Below are positions 27,063-39,418 of a stretch of 64,000 nt of DNA, piece by piece; within the stretch, counting starts at the first letter, position 1, and every line of letters starts with the position of its first letter. The notes beneath the pieces are model-generated. The model made no database searches and was not told the DNA's origin. It saw only the letters and a program-made list of their open reading frames with translations. The position numbers were made by a program, and so were the translations under genes. Source of the stretch: Oopsacas minuta (Eukaryota > Animalia > Porifera). Location: positions 186,001 through 250,000 of the forward strand of contig JAKMXF010000255.1 in assembly GCA_024704765.1 (NCBI GenBank), in the 5' to 3' direction.

Positions 27063-27307
27063 TTAACTAATTCGTATTCAAAAAGTTGGGATATCTAACA
27101 ATGAATTATTTATGATGCAAGTAAATCCATGCAATTGAAAAATAAATACAAAAGTATATACAGAAAATATAATTTTTACCATTGCTGTATATTATCACGT
27201 CCATATGATACGTAACAAGAACTTAAGTGTGTAAACTAACGGTGTACAAATAGTACTTGAAATATTTATTATCATCTTAATAATTCCCAGCTGATTAGCG
27301 AAATAAG
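27063..27307. promoter_or_regulatory. 245-bp divergent intergenic region (KATNA1 / leishmanolysin)
   Basis: Head-to-head gene geometry only. Confidence 0.4.
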
Positions 27308-29759
27308 ATGAATTTCCTGCTACCAATAGCTATTCTATACTTAGGATTATTCACACAAATAAAAGCTTACGAGGACATTCCTGCTAGCATCCTCCATCCA
27401 GTTTTCCTAGAACACGGACATGTAATCAGCAAGAGACAGGCCAATCAACCTATCAGAATAACTCCTTTCTATGATCAGGATTCCATGAATTTCCTAACTG
27501 CAGAACAGAAATCTTACTTGCAGGATATCATAATGACAAATATCACGCAATTCTTTTCTGAACTGCTATCGATTAAACCTCTGGGAAGGGTTGTACCCAT
27601 CCGATCAGCGAGAGCATGTGACGGTACACCAGCTAATGTACGGTTCAATGACGGGACGTTAGCACTGTGAGTTAACTTTCATTTAATTGTATTGTGAATT
27701 ACGTAATTCACAATTGTGTATATGTGTGTTGAGGTTATTCGTAGACTTATAAACTCCAATAGGAGCTAAGACAAAATTTGAAAAATATTTATTGCAGAAA
27801 TTTCGTTGCAAAGAGCAACCAAACATAATTCAAATTATTATAAATTCATATCGCGTCTTAGAGTAATTAAAACATTTTAATTACTGACATGCTTCAGGGG
27901 TTGCTTTGGCAACTGTACATCAACAACTACTACTTGTGGATTCTCTACAATCCCAGAAGATCATCTGTCCAGATGTATAGAGTGTAATCCAGTTACATCC
28001 AGTTGTAATTTCGCTGAAGGTTCAGTAGACGGAGCTGGAGTTTCAGATTCTGATTATGTACTCTATGTTTCAGCTGTTAACGACCTGACTAAGTGTCCAG
28101 GGATTCTAGCCTTCGCTGGGCCTTGTACCTTAGAATATGGCCTCAATAGGCCGGTGGTAGGCCAAGTGAACTTCTGTCCACTTGCGTTTACGGGACAGAC
28201 AGACACTGATCTGCTTATTACCCTAATCAAACACGAGATGATACATGCATTAGGATTTTTGTAAGGAATTACTTCACAAATATTACTCGTAAAGTTATGC
28301 TGATTAAATTCGAGGTTATTCTAATAGATCATTTCTGTATGCATACTACCGAAATGATGATGGTACACCCAGAACACCAAGGGTGGATGATTTCGATAGT
28401 GTACCAACAAACAGCCAAGGTTTTCCTATACCAAATGAGAATACTGTCAGATCAGTTAACTACACTTGGGAGACTATAAATGGAGATGTTCAGAAAGAAG
28501 TTACTCTAATAGTGACTCCAAGAGTTGTTCAAGAGGCAAGAGATCATTTTGGATGTCAGCTGTTAGAGGGAGCAGAACTAGAGGGACAAGGAGGATCAGG
28601 CTCTGCAGGCAGTCACTGGGACTTGAGGGCTTTCCTGAACGAGGTAGGGATGAATAATATATTATTTATTTATGTAGCAGATAATATCACTCAAATGTTA
28701 TTTGTAATATATATTTCTAGCTGATGGTATCAATAGTATTCTCTGGTAATCAACCTCTATCGAGAATAACATTAGCTCTATTAGAGGATTCTGGCTGGTA
28801 TAAAGTGAACTATGAACTAACTGGGAACTTTGTTGGAAATAATGAAGGCTGTAACTTTGTACAGAAAAGTTGTCTAGGATTTTACAATTTAGATACAGTT
28901 AAAGAAGAGAATGTTTTTTGCTTTACGGAGAATGAACAAGGTTATTATTGATAAGATATTGCTATAGTGTTTTAATTACATTATCTATAGGATGTACTGT
29001 GACAAGAGATAACATCGGTGCATGCTGGATAATAGATCAAGCAGAAAGTCTAGACCCAGTATTCCAATACTTCCCACAGCCTAATAGAGGCGGACAATTC
29101 TTTTTCGTGGAGTATTGCCCCTTCCACATGAACACTTATGACTGTACGAATGTTAGCCAAGCAGAATTTTCTCCAATCAGCAATAACGGGCCAAACTCAA
29201 GGTAATTTGCAAAGTACAGTAGCTTTCATTTAATCGGGTCATAATGTTCTGATACATAATGCGGTATTATGACGTAACAAGATGCATATAATTATTATTA
29301 GAATAATCATAAGTATTATTTAGATGCTTCAATCATATGGGTAATCTAACAGTTACCATTGCTGGATTTGACACATCTCAACCTATCAATGCAGGTTGTT
29401 ACGAATACAGCTGTAACAATACAGGAGTATATGTAAAAGTGGGAGATACATCATATCACTGTTCACAGAGAGGAGAAGTGTTGAATGTAGTACAAGAGAT
29501 AGGTGCTATTACATACAGTGTATCTCTTGTGTGTCCTGCATGTGAAGCTATATGTTGGGATAGGATTGAACTATGTAGTGCTAGTGGGGCTACTACTAAT
29601 GCTACTCAGACAAATGCGATGACCACTCCTGCTACTCAAACAAATGAGTTAACCTCTGGCAGTACTATTGCTGTTACCACACCAACTGATTCAGGAACAG
29701 TCACTAAAATAAGCTTTATGTTAGCTCTACTCAGTGCTCTTATGGCTGTGCTGTTTTAG
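27308..29759 (+). CDS. LMLN: Leishmanolysin/invadolysin-like M8 metalloprotease (6 exons), signal peptide and GPI-type C-terminus
   Basis: HEMIHALGF zinc motif, ELEGQGGSGSAGSHW, NE|LM Met-turn, SRITLALLEDSGWY, Cys-rich region, S/T stalk, hydrophobic tail. Confidence 0.85.
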
Positions 29760-29930
29760 ATTCGAACACAAGCTACAAAGCTCCTCCAGACATTACATTG
29801 TTTGAATAGTTTCTCCTATGTAGACTACATGTCATAGTTTAGATACAAGATATACATTTGCTGTTGTTTCGTTTCTAATTACAATAATAAAGCTTTCCTA
29901 TAACATAAATGGCTATATTAACCATATATA

Positions 29931-30104
29931 CAGGGTCGCCGTGGGTACGGAATTTCAATTCCTATTCCCACAGGATTTCTGTAGGAATTCCCATTCAGAT
30001 GGCAATGCACACGGCTTAGTACAGAGAATACATAAGAATTCCCATAGGTTTTCCTTATGGAGTTCCATAGCAAGAAAATGATTCCCATACCCACGGTAAC
30101 CCTG
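29931..30104. mobile_element. hAT-type MITE, 174 bp
   Basis: TIRs CAGGGTCGCCGTGGGTA / CAGGGTTACCGTGGGTA (15/17); perfect 8-bp TSD CATATATA (29923-29930, 30105-30112). Confidence 0.85.
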
Positions 30105-30225
30105 CATATATACAGTAAGACATAATATACATGCTCTAGATTAAGACTCACAAATTCAAATATACAAATGCACAAAGTTAAAAAGTAATTATCAACAATT
30201 TTAGAACATATCTTCTACATAGTTA

Positions 30226-30894
30226 CTAGCTAGCTTCACAGCAGTCTGCACAAGGTTGGAGGCCGTTTACATTACAAACTGTACATTTTAAAAATCCGAA
30301 ATTATGCTTCAATCCCTTCTTACTACCTTTACACCAATTGCATAGCACAAATCTACGATTTCCGCATGTAGTACAATTTTTCAATTGGGCTTGTTGGAAC
30401 TCTTTAAGCATAGCTAATAGTTCACCATCTTCATTCAAAGATTCTAACTTGTCATTGTCACCTACTAACAAGCCTTTACAGAAAACATATGGTACTGAAA
30501 TTTGTTTACAATTCAAACGTTCTCTCAATTCATCACCAAACGCAGGATGCAGGAATATATCTCTCTCATCGAAATTTATCCGGTGTGTGTTTAGTATGTG
30601 TTTAATGCGAGTACAATGAGCAGAAATCTCTCGTATAGAAGTAAGGGATGTAGTGTAGAACACTACTTTACCTGGAAATGCTGTTTCTGAGTTAGCTGCT
30701 TCATCTAATATTAATTTGATCATTAATTCTGATAATTGACTCTCTTTCTCGCAAGCGTTAAACATAGACAATCTGTTTTGTACACCCTTGTGTATTCCAC
30801 GTACTGTACCACTTCTACTCATAATAACACTCTCTGTGGAGTTATTGGGGTCTTCACTAATACTATCTCTCTCACTTGAATCTGAAGATGCCAT
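30226..30894 (-). CDS. Glutaredoxin-domain cysteine-rich protein (GRXCR1/2-like)
   Basis: VVFYTTSL..IRE....C..I..IL, FDERDIF, VPYVF GRX fold plus four CxxC zinc-finger pairs. Confidence 0.85.
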   Translation of the reverse strand: MASSDSSERDSISEDPNNSTESVIMSRSGTVRGIHKGVQNRLSMFNACEKESQLSELMIKLILDEAANSETAFPGKVVFYTTSLTSIREISAHCTRIKHILNTHRINFDERDIFLHPAFGDELRERLNCKQISVPYVFCKGLLVGDNDKLESLNEDGELLAMLKEFQQAQLKNCTTCGNRRFVLCNWCKGSKKGLKHNFGFLKCTVCNVNGLQPCADCCEAS

Positions 30895-31065
30895 TTTAAG
30901 CTAAGTAACTAATTTGCTAAAAATATCGAAAAGAGTTAATGGCAATTTCCATGAATATATACGATATATTCAAATAAATAAGTCTATGGCAGCAAATCAA
31001 GAATAAAATAAAAGTAATTAGAAACCTATAGCTATGCTAATATAAGTTGACCGCTATCAACTGGT

Positions 31066-32432
31066 TTAGAAGCTGGGCTTGCCAGGAAAGGTACAGCCAG
31101 GCATTTGTAGTACAGTTTGTGCACCATAACAACCACATCGGACACATTCACTAACGTCCTGTCCCTGGATCAGCTGAAATAGAAACCCACCAACAAACGC
31201 ATCTCCAGCAGAGTTAGAATCTACAATAAGAGACTGCTTGAGATAGGGTACTGGATATTCCTTGACCTCCCCCTTATGTGCAATGAGAACTGGGTCAATT
31301 GATTGCGTCATGATTACATATCTGTGTCTCTTACTCTCGCCAGCTTTTGGTAGAGCAGCAATCTTTAAGCCAATCTCTGCTAAGCTGAGTCCTTCTCCCC
31401 AACCATTGTGCTCTAAAAAAACACTATGCATAGTCAACTCCGTTATATCGAAGTCTTAAATTGTATGAATATGCTCCCAAACTGTCAAAGTCACATATAC
31501 TTCAGCGGGGTATTTCGAACTCCGCTTATATCAAATTATCGCTGTCCCTTGAGCTTCGAAATAACGGTATTATATTCCAAATTAAAAATGATCCTAAGTA
31601 TATACTACGCGAGTTACTAACCAGCAAATGCTTTATACTCGTGTTCATTCGCAAATATAAAGTCAGCATATTCCATGGCTTGTTTTAACGGCTCTAAGTA
31701 GAACTGAGCAAGAAATGGAGCAGATATATTCATAGAAAATACTTTATTCTTTTCGGTAGCATGCTTAGCTACTGCCATAATAGACTCGGGATTGACAGTA
31801 AAAAAGAAACCAGCTACATAGAAGAAAGAGGCCTTCTCAACAAGAGCCCAGTTCTCAGGCTGTTGTAGATGTTCTATTGAGTAGTTGTTAGCAGCTGCTA
31901 TGTTAGCTACAAGAGATCTGTTCTTCCCATTGACAAGGACAGCACATGTACCTGAACATAATAGTATACCAGTATTTATATAAGAATTACACATATTATC
32001 CTATTTGAGTGATAATAAATAGGAACGAAGAAATAGTTTAACACTGGGACATTAACGTTACTTACCAGTTGGGTTCTTATTCGTTGTCATATAGTGTACT
32101 ACAGTACCCTCCTTCTCCAGAACACCTCTTAACTTATTCGCATTCTCATCATTACCTACACACCCAATATAGCTAGTAGTACCAGCCTTCTGAGATAACC
32201 ACTGTACAGTACGTATTGTATTCTGTGTAGCTCCCCCAGCTAAATACTCTACTTTATAATTATCTACTAACTCTTCGTATATAGGAAGATGTTCATCTTT
32301 AGCTAGAATAGCATTGTTACTCTCCAACTTGTATTTAGCTATGAATTCATCCTCCACATTAGCGGATATGTCAAGTAGGGGGTTCCCCATGCCGAATAGA
32401 ATGCCTTCAGTAATGCTGACTGTCTCTGCCAT
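31066..32432 (-). CDS. ADK: Adenosine kinase (3 exons)
   Basis: GMGNPLLDISA, AGGATQNT, TGTCAVLV, DSNSAGDAFVGGF PfkB motifs. Confidence 0.93.
31431..31570. mobile_element. MITE family A in ADK intron
   Basis: TAGTCAACTCCGTTATATCGAAG ... GTCCCTTGAGCTTCGAAATAACGG. Confidence 0.7.
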
Positions 32433-32620
32433 TATTCTTGTATCAGATGTCTAGCTGTTTACAAACGGCTAAGACTGAGGGGTCAATTTAGAAACATTTG
32501 AGAAAATAATTTCTAGAAAGTCTTACAATTCGGCATTGAGTTTATAGCAATACCATCAAAACTACAAACAACTCATATCTCTAGTGTACATTCTAACTGA
32601 CAAATTCGCGATTTATACAC

Positions 32621-33974
32621 TTACAGCTTAGATCTTTGTAGCTTCATAATCTTCTCTAGTTTGAGAGCTAGCATCATATTGCCAGATATCTTAAGCTTAC
32701 CTCCCATAAATGCTGTAGTAGGATTCAGCTTACCAGTGAACATACTTACAAAATCATCTTCTTTCATGTCCATGGTGACGTCAGCTTTAGCTTGAGCGTC
32801 ACATGGTTCTACACTCCCCTCTCCTGTCTTGAGGTCGAGTAACCACGAGCTGGACTCCTCCCCCTGGATCAGGAACAGGAAAGTACCGTCTGTATCCTGG
32901 ACGATAGACCGTGAGAGAAAAGGCCTGATTGTATCCCACACTACCTCAGGAGCAGTCTTCTCTACACCCTGGGTACCCCCCTTTTTGGTGATGGAACCAT
33001 CCTTCTCTAGGTAAGGACTGTCTAAGTGTTTCTGTTCTAGAAAGAAATCTGGCATCAGAGGAGTGCCAGGAGTAATAGAGTATTGATCTAGATCTGTAAT
33101 GCCTTGACTAGTAAGCACCTAATAACAAGACAAATAATGAAAACAATACAATAAATTCAATGTATAACTCTACCTCATCGTCAATATAGAAGTTCCCAGT
33201 ATGTTCTACTCCCTTCCGTGATAGAATTACGTAAGCTGCATCAGCCATTATATCAGGCTTACGGCATTTAGACATTTGTTGATTTCCCATTAACATCTCA
33301 ATAGCAGCAGTGCTTATAGCTGTTCTAGGCCAGAGGGCATTTACTGCTATTCCTCGCGATTTGAACTCTCCACTCATACCAAGTACACACATCGACATGC
33401 CATACTTAGCCATTGTATAGGCTACATGGTTCTGGAACCAGTGAGACGCCATGACAAGAGGGGGGCTTATGTTAAGGATGTGAGGGTGTCTGGATTTCTC
33501 TAGATAGGGGAGACATTTCTGTGAGCAGAGGTAAGTACCACGTGCATTAATCTGGTTCATAAGGTCATAGCGTTTCATTGGCGTATCAGCCGTTCCTGTT
33601 GGGTTAAATTAGATAATATAAATTATATAATGGTATAATGTTAATTTACCAGTGAGAGAGATTGCAGACGCATTATTGACGAGTATATCTATCCCTCCGA
33701 ATTTGTTTACAGCCTGTTGTACCGCATTCTCAACTTGTTCCTCTGACCTCACATCCACAATACAGGGAAGACATTTGCCCCCTGCCTTCTCGATCTCCTC
33801 AGCCGCTGTGTAGATTGTACCAGGGAGGGTTGGATGCGGTTCTGCGGTTTTAGCTGCTACTACTATATTAGCACCATCTAGTGCACATCTTAGAGCTATA
33901 GCTTTTCCAATACCACGACTTGCCCCAGTCACGAATACGGTAAGGCCAGCTAGAATGCCAGTATTCAAAGTCAT
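32621..33974 (-). CDS. HSDL2: Hydroxysteroid dehydrogenase-like 2 (SDR + SCP2), 3 exons, peroxisomal PTS1 -SKL
   Basis: TGASRGIG, NNASAI, YTMAK catalytic motif, SCP2 domain (PTTAFMGGKLKISGNM), C-terminal RSKL. Confidence 0.92.
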
Positions 33975-34266
33975 TCTTTTATACTACAATATACACATAA
34001 TACTATTAACAGCAAATTGTCTAATTACACAGCACTATATAAGTTAAAAGGTTAGGCTCACATAATTACTATTGTCCAGAATTTGAAATGGCATAACTAG
34101 GATCGACTTCAAGTCAAAGAAATACCAAAGTTAGAAATGTATGGTAGAATAAATTAATGTATAAAATATGGATAAGTAAACACAATAGAAAATATAAATA
34201 ATTAATGCAAAAAAGTGATAGAAAAGTGAAAGTTTGTAGAAAATAAATAAGGGTAAATTGGGAGAA

Positions 34267-37200
34267 TTAATTCTTTTTCTTCTTGCCTCCAGGAGTATCG
34301 ACCTCCTTCACTTCGATTGTCTCAGGATCTTTCTTAACAAAACGATCTTCGGGGATTTCTTTCAATTCTCTGCTCTTCCTTATAACCTCAAATTCTTTCC
34401 CGATATCTCTGTCCGTATCCTCCAATGTACATATAAATATGGTATCAATCGCCATACCGTACACAGACACGAATGCGGAGCTCATTGCAAAAGATATAAA
34501 TAGAAGGAAAATAATAGGAACAAGAGAGTATGTTAGAACATTTCCCTGTTGGAAGAAAGTATTCACAGGACTATTATATCCAATCAAGAAATAAGCTATA
34601 ACAGCTGAGAAGGAAATTATAGATAATCTCAATAGGAATAACGTTAGAATCGTCAGAGTATCTTTGACAGCGAATTTAATAGGAGAGGTAATGAACAGTT
34701 TGAATGCTTTTTGTAGACCTCCAAAGAACCCAGTCCCATAAATTGCTATTTCTATATAGACAACTCTATTCACGTATTTCAAGAACTTCTCAATACAAAA
34801 TGTAAGGCAAAGCAGTGCACGAAGAATCCAGCGTACAATTTTATATCTATCAGCATAGGATCTAAGTCTATGGATAAGGAACACAAGGACAAACTCTACA
34901 AACTGTATAATAGCTATGATGAGCGACCCCATAGCTAGAGACCCTGAATGGAAGATAAACGCCTTCAGGAATCCTCTCAACAATGCACATTTACACAACA
35001 CACTTTTCTTCAATTTATGATTTATAAAATACCAAATAGCAAATCCTCCTGCTAACGAGCACTGTGTTAGAGCTAATACATAGTTAGATAGCCATAGGAA
35101 CATGAATAGCATGTAGAGCTCAACAATAATTATGAAAGTTGTAGCATGGAAATCACTGAATTGACATGAAATAGTTGGATCAGTGATTGTACGATTTTGT
35201 GCATGTATAACCAACATTCCTCCTGACACATTGTGTAGTGTATCAAACTCACGGATATCACACTCTGTCCCGTTCACGTATTGAAACATAGAACCAGCAA
35301 GGTTAGTAAATGTTCTATCAGCATCTGTTATATTAGTACTGATTAGTATTTTGTAGTGTAGCTCAGAAGTAGTGGGTAGAAATATCGCTACAGATGCCCA
35401 GAGTGCAAATAGACTGACAAGTAAGAACCAGGATAAGAATGGAAGAAAGAAGGACTCAGGTACACCCCATATAGCTCTAGAGGCAGCCCCAATAACTCTG
35501 ATTACCTGGAATATGTTTGGGATAAGACATATAACGAATAGAACTAGTATTAGCCATAGAACAGTACAAACGATAGCTAGTGCTAACCAGGTTTCTGTTT
35601 GATATTGAAAACCTCTAAAAAATTAAATTGATAAATACAGTAGTGTTCGCCGATTAGCAATTATCAAATAACAAAATCCGCCTACAGTGAAACCTCCACA
35701 AACGAGAATTGTCAGAAGGGGGAAACGGAGTAGCACCTTTGGCGTTCTTTCACCCCGCTTGTGGAGTTTACATAGTATTATGTATGGCCACTATTTCACA
35801 TAATATAAATTCACGAGCTGCAAGGAATATTCATACAAAATACGATTTGTTAATACTCCACTGTAATTACAAAGTGAATAAGTATTACCAAAATATAACT
35901 TACTCAAGATTCTGCATGAATAGCTGATCTAGCCCACTAGTAATAGGATCACTAACATTTAGAGTACCGCTAAGAACAGCATACTCATAATAAGCAAATA
36001 TTGTAACAGCTGCTAAACTTAAAACACATATTATTATGGAAGCAGGTACTATTATCCAGAGAAGGAATCTCATCAGGAATATCACGAGGAATCCTATGAT
36101 AGCTGTAGATACTACTGTGATAGCCATAGCAGGACCGGCTAGATGGAAGTCAAACAGTACGTCTACAATAAACTGACGTAGATTGACGACTAGAGCTAGT
36201 CCTAGCGTGCCGTCTGTAATATCATTGAGAGATATAGAAGTGATGTCGAGAGGGTAGTCTGCGATTGATTTATTAGTCAGCTGTACTGCATTATTGCTAA
36301 AAAGAATCAAAATAATGAATACACCCAAACAACTATTATAAATAGCTAACTAATAGACCAGCTGTAACCCAAAAATAGTGAGTTATAATAGAGTGGATGC
36401 TGGTTATAAGAACCCTTTAGAATAGCAATACAAGTTCTTGCATAAATTATACAGGAATATATGAGAACCGTTTTCCAATGGATGGTGCTTATATCCTGTC
36501 CTCATATCCGGCATCCACTGTACTCTTATCAACTTACACAATATAAGTAGTATCTACTAATGAAGGAATGCATCTACCTCCTAGAGCAGTAGAAGCTACA
36601 TAGTATGGTGCACATCTCTTATTAAAGATATCTTCTGTCAATTGGTTTACGACAGGAAACGCTGTTGTTATTTCTTCAAAAGTTAGTTCTAAACTCTGAT
36701 TGAAGAGAACTTCATATTTGCTTGTATTAACAGAAGGAATACAGATAGGTACGCCAGTAGTTCTTATTCCTATATCGTACTGGGTAGGACACTCAGATAC
36801 ACAAACCTAAAAGAGATAGAGACATAAGGTAATTACAGTCAACTCGCGTTATATCGAAGCTCAAGGGACTACGATAATTACTTGGATATAAGCGGAGTTC
36901 GGTATAACCAATGGAATTAATGTTACGGTTTGGGACCATATTTGTACATTTCAGACTTCGATATAATCGGGTATTGGCTGTATATGTCAGATAAGCTAAC
37001 ATACTTGTGGAGTAGGACATGAGAATAAACTTTCAAAATCAAAACCAGTTGCTGGATCGTATAATCTCCATATTTGGGCACAGGTTGTCAGATCGAAAAA
37101 ATAAAGAAAACGTTTATCCTCCACTCCGGGATCATGTCCACACACTCGTCCCTCTGAGTCAATTCCATTCAGTAGCCTCTCTGGATGACCCTCAGCATAC

Positions 37201-37388
37201 GCGAATAATCCCACCATAACAGTTAGCACAATAAGGAGTACGAAGATAACAAGGAAGATAGCATCAGTAGGGGATCTGATATTCTCTTTGAATTTGTTGG
37301 TCTGTCTAGCTATCAGATCCTGTGCCGTGCCTGCTCCCCCTAAAGCTTGGTGGGGCAGATCCTTGCTCTTACGGTGACAGCAATCCAT
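34267..37388 (-). CDS. Choline transporter-like protein (SLC44/CTL family), multi-exon
   Basis: TDAIFLVIF, ERLLNGIDSEGRVCG, CPTPQ|VCVSECP, FHSGSLAMGSLIIAI, SVYGMAIDTIFIC; internal exon limits partly approximate. Confidence 0.88.
36391..36520. mobile_element. MITE family C (CAGTGGATGCCGG.TATAAG termini); other copies ~13892-13981 (reverse) and ~39095-39231
   Basis: Near-identical internal block TAGCAATACAAGTTC.TGCATAAA.TATACAGGAATATAT.AGAAC...GATGGTGCTTATA in 36391 and 39095 copies. Confidence 0.75.
36836..36980. mobile_element. MITE family A in SLC44 intron, TA on both sides
   Basis: TA|CAGTCAACTCGCGTTATATCGAAG ... TTCGATATAATCGGGTATTGGCTG|TA. Confidence 0.8.
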
Positions 37389-37470
37389 GTATGCTAATTA
37401 CGCGATAAACAGTTGATAAATTGTAGATGTGTATGTATATATACAGGAAGTATAATGATATTGTCCACCA

Positions 37471-37504
37471 GGGAAGGGAAGGGAAGGGAAGGGAAGGGAA
37501 GGGA
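37471..37504 (+). repeat. (GGGAA)6+ purine microsatellite
   Basis: Direct reading. Confidence 0.95.
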
Positions 37505-37797
37505 TAGAGAACTTGCCTTCTATGTTTTAACTTATACTTGGAAACATAAAATAGCTCAATGCGGTTGTACGATAAGCCTTATGTTTACAAAGAAAATACG
37601 TAAGCTTGAGTATTAACAAATTGTAATCTTGGTTTCAAGATTACAAGTTCTATCATCACAGTTATGATTTCCTGTAGTTATTTTCACACCAATCCTTACA
37701 ACTCAATTATAGAATAAAATAAAGATAGTTCGTGATAAAAAGAGTGAGTAAACATACAAGTCAGCATATTATTAAAGTTACAAACTCATCCTATATA

Positions 37798-39058
37798 TCA
37801 GTGATCAGGTTGCCCAGCAGTAGCAGAGTGTTTAGCTGTAGTAACATGTAATTGTCCTCTCCTCCCATTCAGGAGATTATCCATCTCACGTGTTTGATAG
37901 GAACGAGGGTAGTCAGGAATATAAGGACCTGGAGGCTTCCATTTCCAAGCTAGGGAAGGAGATAATATACGATTAAGTTCATTGAGACTATACTTTTCTT
38001 CTTCTTTGCATTCTAACCATGCATCATATGCTCGTATAGCGCTAGCTGCTTGCTCTTTCTTCTTCTCAATAACAACTCGCTGCTTCTTAATCTCAGTATC
38101 TCGCCTCTCTCGTACTGTCTCTCTCAAATTAGCATCTTTCTGTATCCGCCTTGAGAAGCATAAGAATTCAACAAAATTTTGTATTTATACAACTCATTGG
38201 TATGCAATCAACACAGTGTCGTGTAGCTTCGTATTCAAGCAAGAATTACTATGACACAATGTACAAGCTAAATGGCCTCTCGTTAATCAAATAAATAATT
38301 ATCTTTCATTTCTACTATAACTACGTATTAACTGACCATGCATTATACACTTTTTCAGCTTCAGTTTTTTTCGATTCTTCCAATTCTTGTTTGCTTTTCT
38401 GCTTCTCAAGTACAGCCTGTCTTTGCTTCTTAACAATAGCAACTCTCTTCTTATCGCTCTGCTCCACCCAAGCATTATATATCAAATTAGCTGCTATCTG
38501 CTTATTCTCCTCCTTGAGAGTCTCTTCCACTTCTTTATTTCGTATTTCTTTAGCTATCCGTTTCTTTTCTACTATTATCTTAGAGTCTTTCTCTTTACAC
38601 CAGTTATCAAAAGAGCTTTTACTCCTATTCTGTCTCAAGCTTAACTCTGCATCAACTAGTTTTTGCCTCTCATATAGTTGCACTCGTTTCATTCTCTCCC
38701 TCCTGACCAGATTTTGTTCCTTCTCTGCTAACCAGTTCTGAAAGACAGTCTCTCTAACATAGCCCGTATTAATTATGACATCAGCAGACTGTGAACTGAT
38801 ACTAGAAATGAGTGGATTAGATTTTTGCATATTTTTCTTCCCTTCAAGCCATAGATTAAATGTCTGCTCCCTTACAGATTGTGAGCTAATACTAACTCCA
38901 TTATCATCTACAGTTATTGTTGTCATAGAAGGAGATTTGGATATTCTCCGACTGCTCTTACGGGATTCTTTATTTGGTGTAGAAGTATGTTCAATTGTAG
39001 AATCGATAGTTTCCACGGGTGTAGGTGTAGGTAATGGGTTCTCTTCATCTTTTGACAT
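37798..39058 (-). CDS. E/K/R-rich coiled-coil protein, MAP9/CCDC34-like (2 exons)
   Basis: Periodic F/Y-xx-W-L motifs (FNLWLE, FQNWLA, FDNWCK, YNAWVE, YDAWLE) and C-terminal WKPP; intron splits a Trp codon TG|G. Confidence 0.6.
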
Positions 39059-39418
39059 TATTTATTATTATTCTAATATATTAGACGTTACTATTAGTGA
39101 CTATTGGTTATAAGAACCCCCTTTGGGAGTAGCAATACAAGTTCGTGCATAAAATATACAGGAATATATAAGAACTAGTTTCTAGAAGATGGTGCTTATA
39201 CCTGGCATGTTCTTGTAACCGATGTTTACTGTATATCATGCCTTCATATAAACCTGAGTGACATGAATATATAACCATAGGGATAGCAAAGGGAGGGGAC
39301 TGCCGGAACGCCGGTTAATGCTTATAGGAATCCGGTTCACATATAAGTACACCACAGGGAACAGGTAAGCACAAGCTATATTCTTTCCTAATTGATCAAA
39401 AATAATTTCTAGAATACA

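Noticed and set aside
29918-30175. 85-aa ORF downstream of GRXCR; similar ORFs at 22934-23140 and 56639-56943
   Set aside because: They run through MITE sequence; no coding signature.
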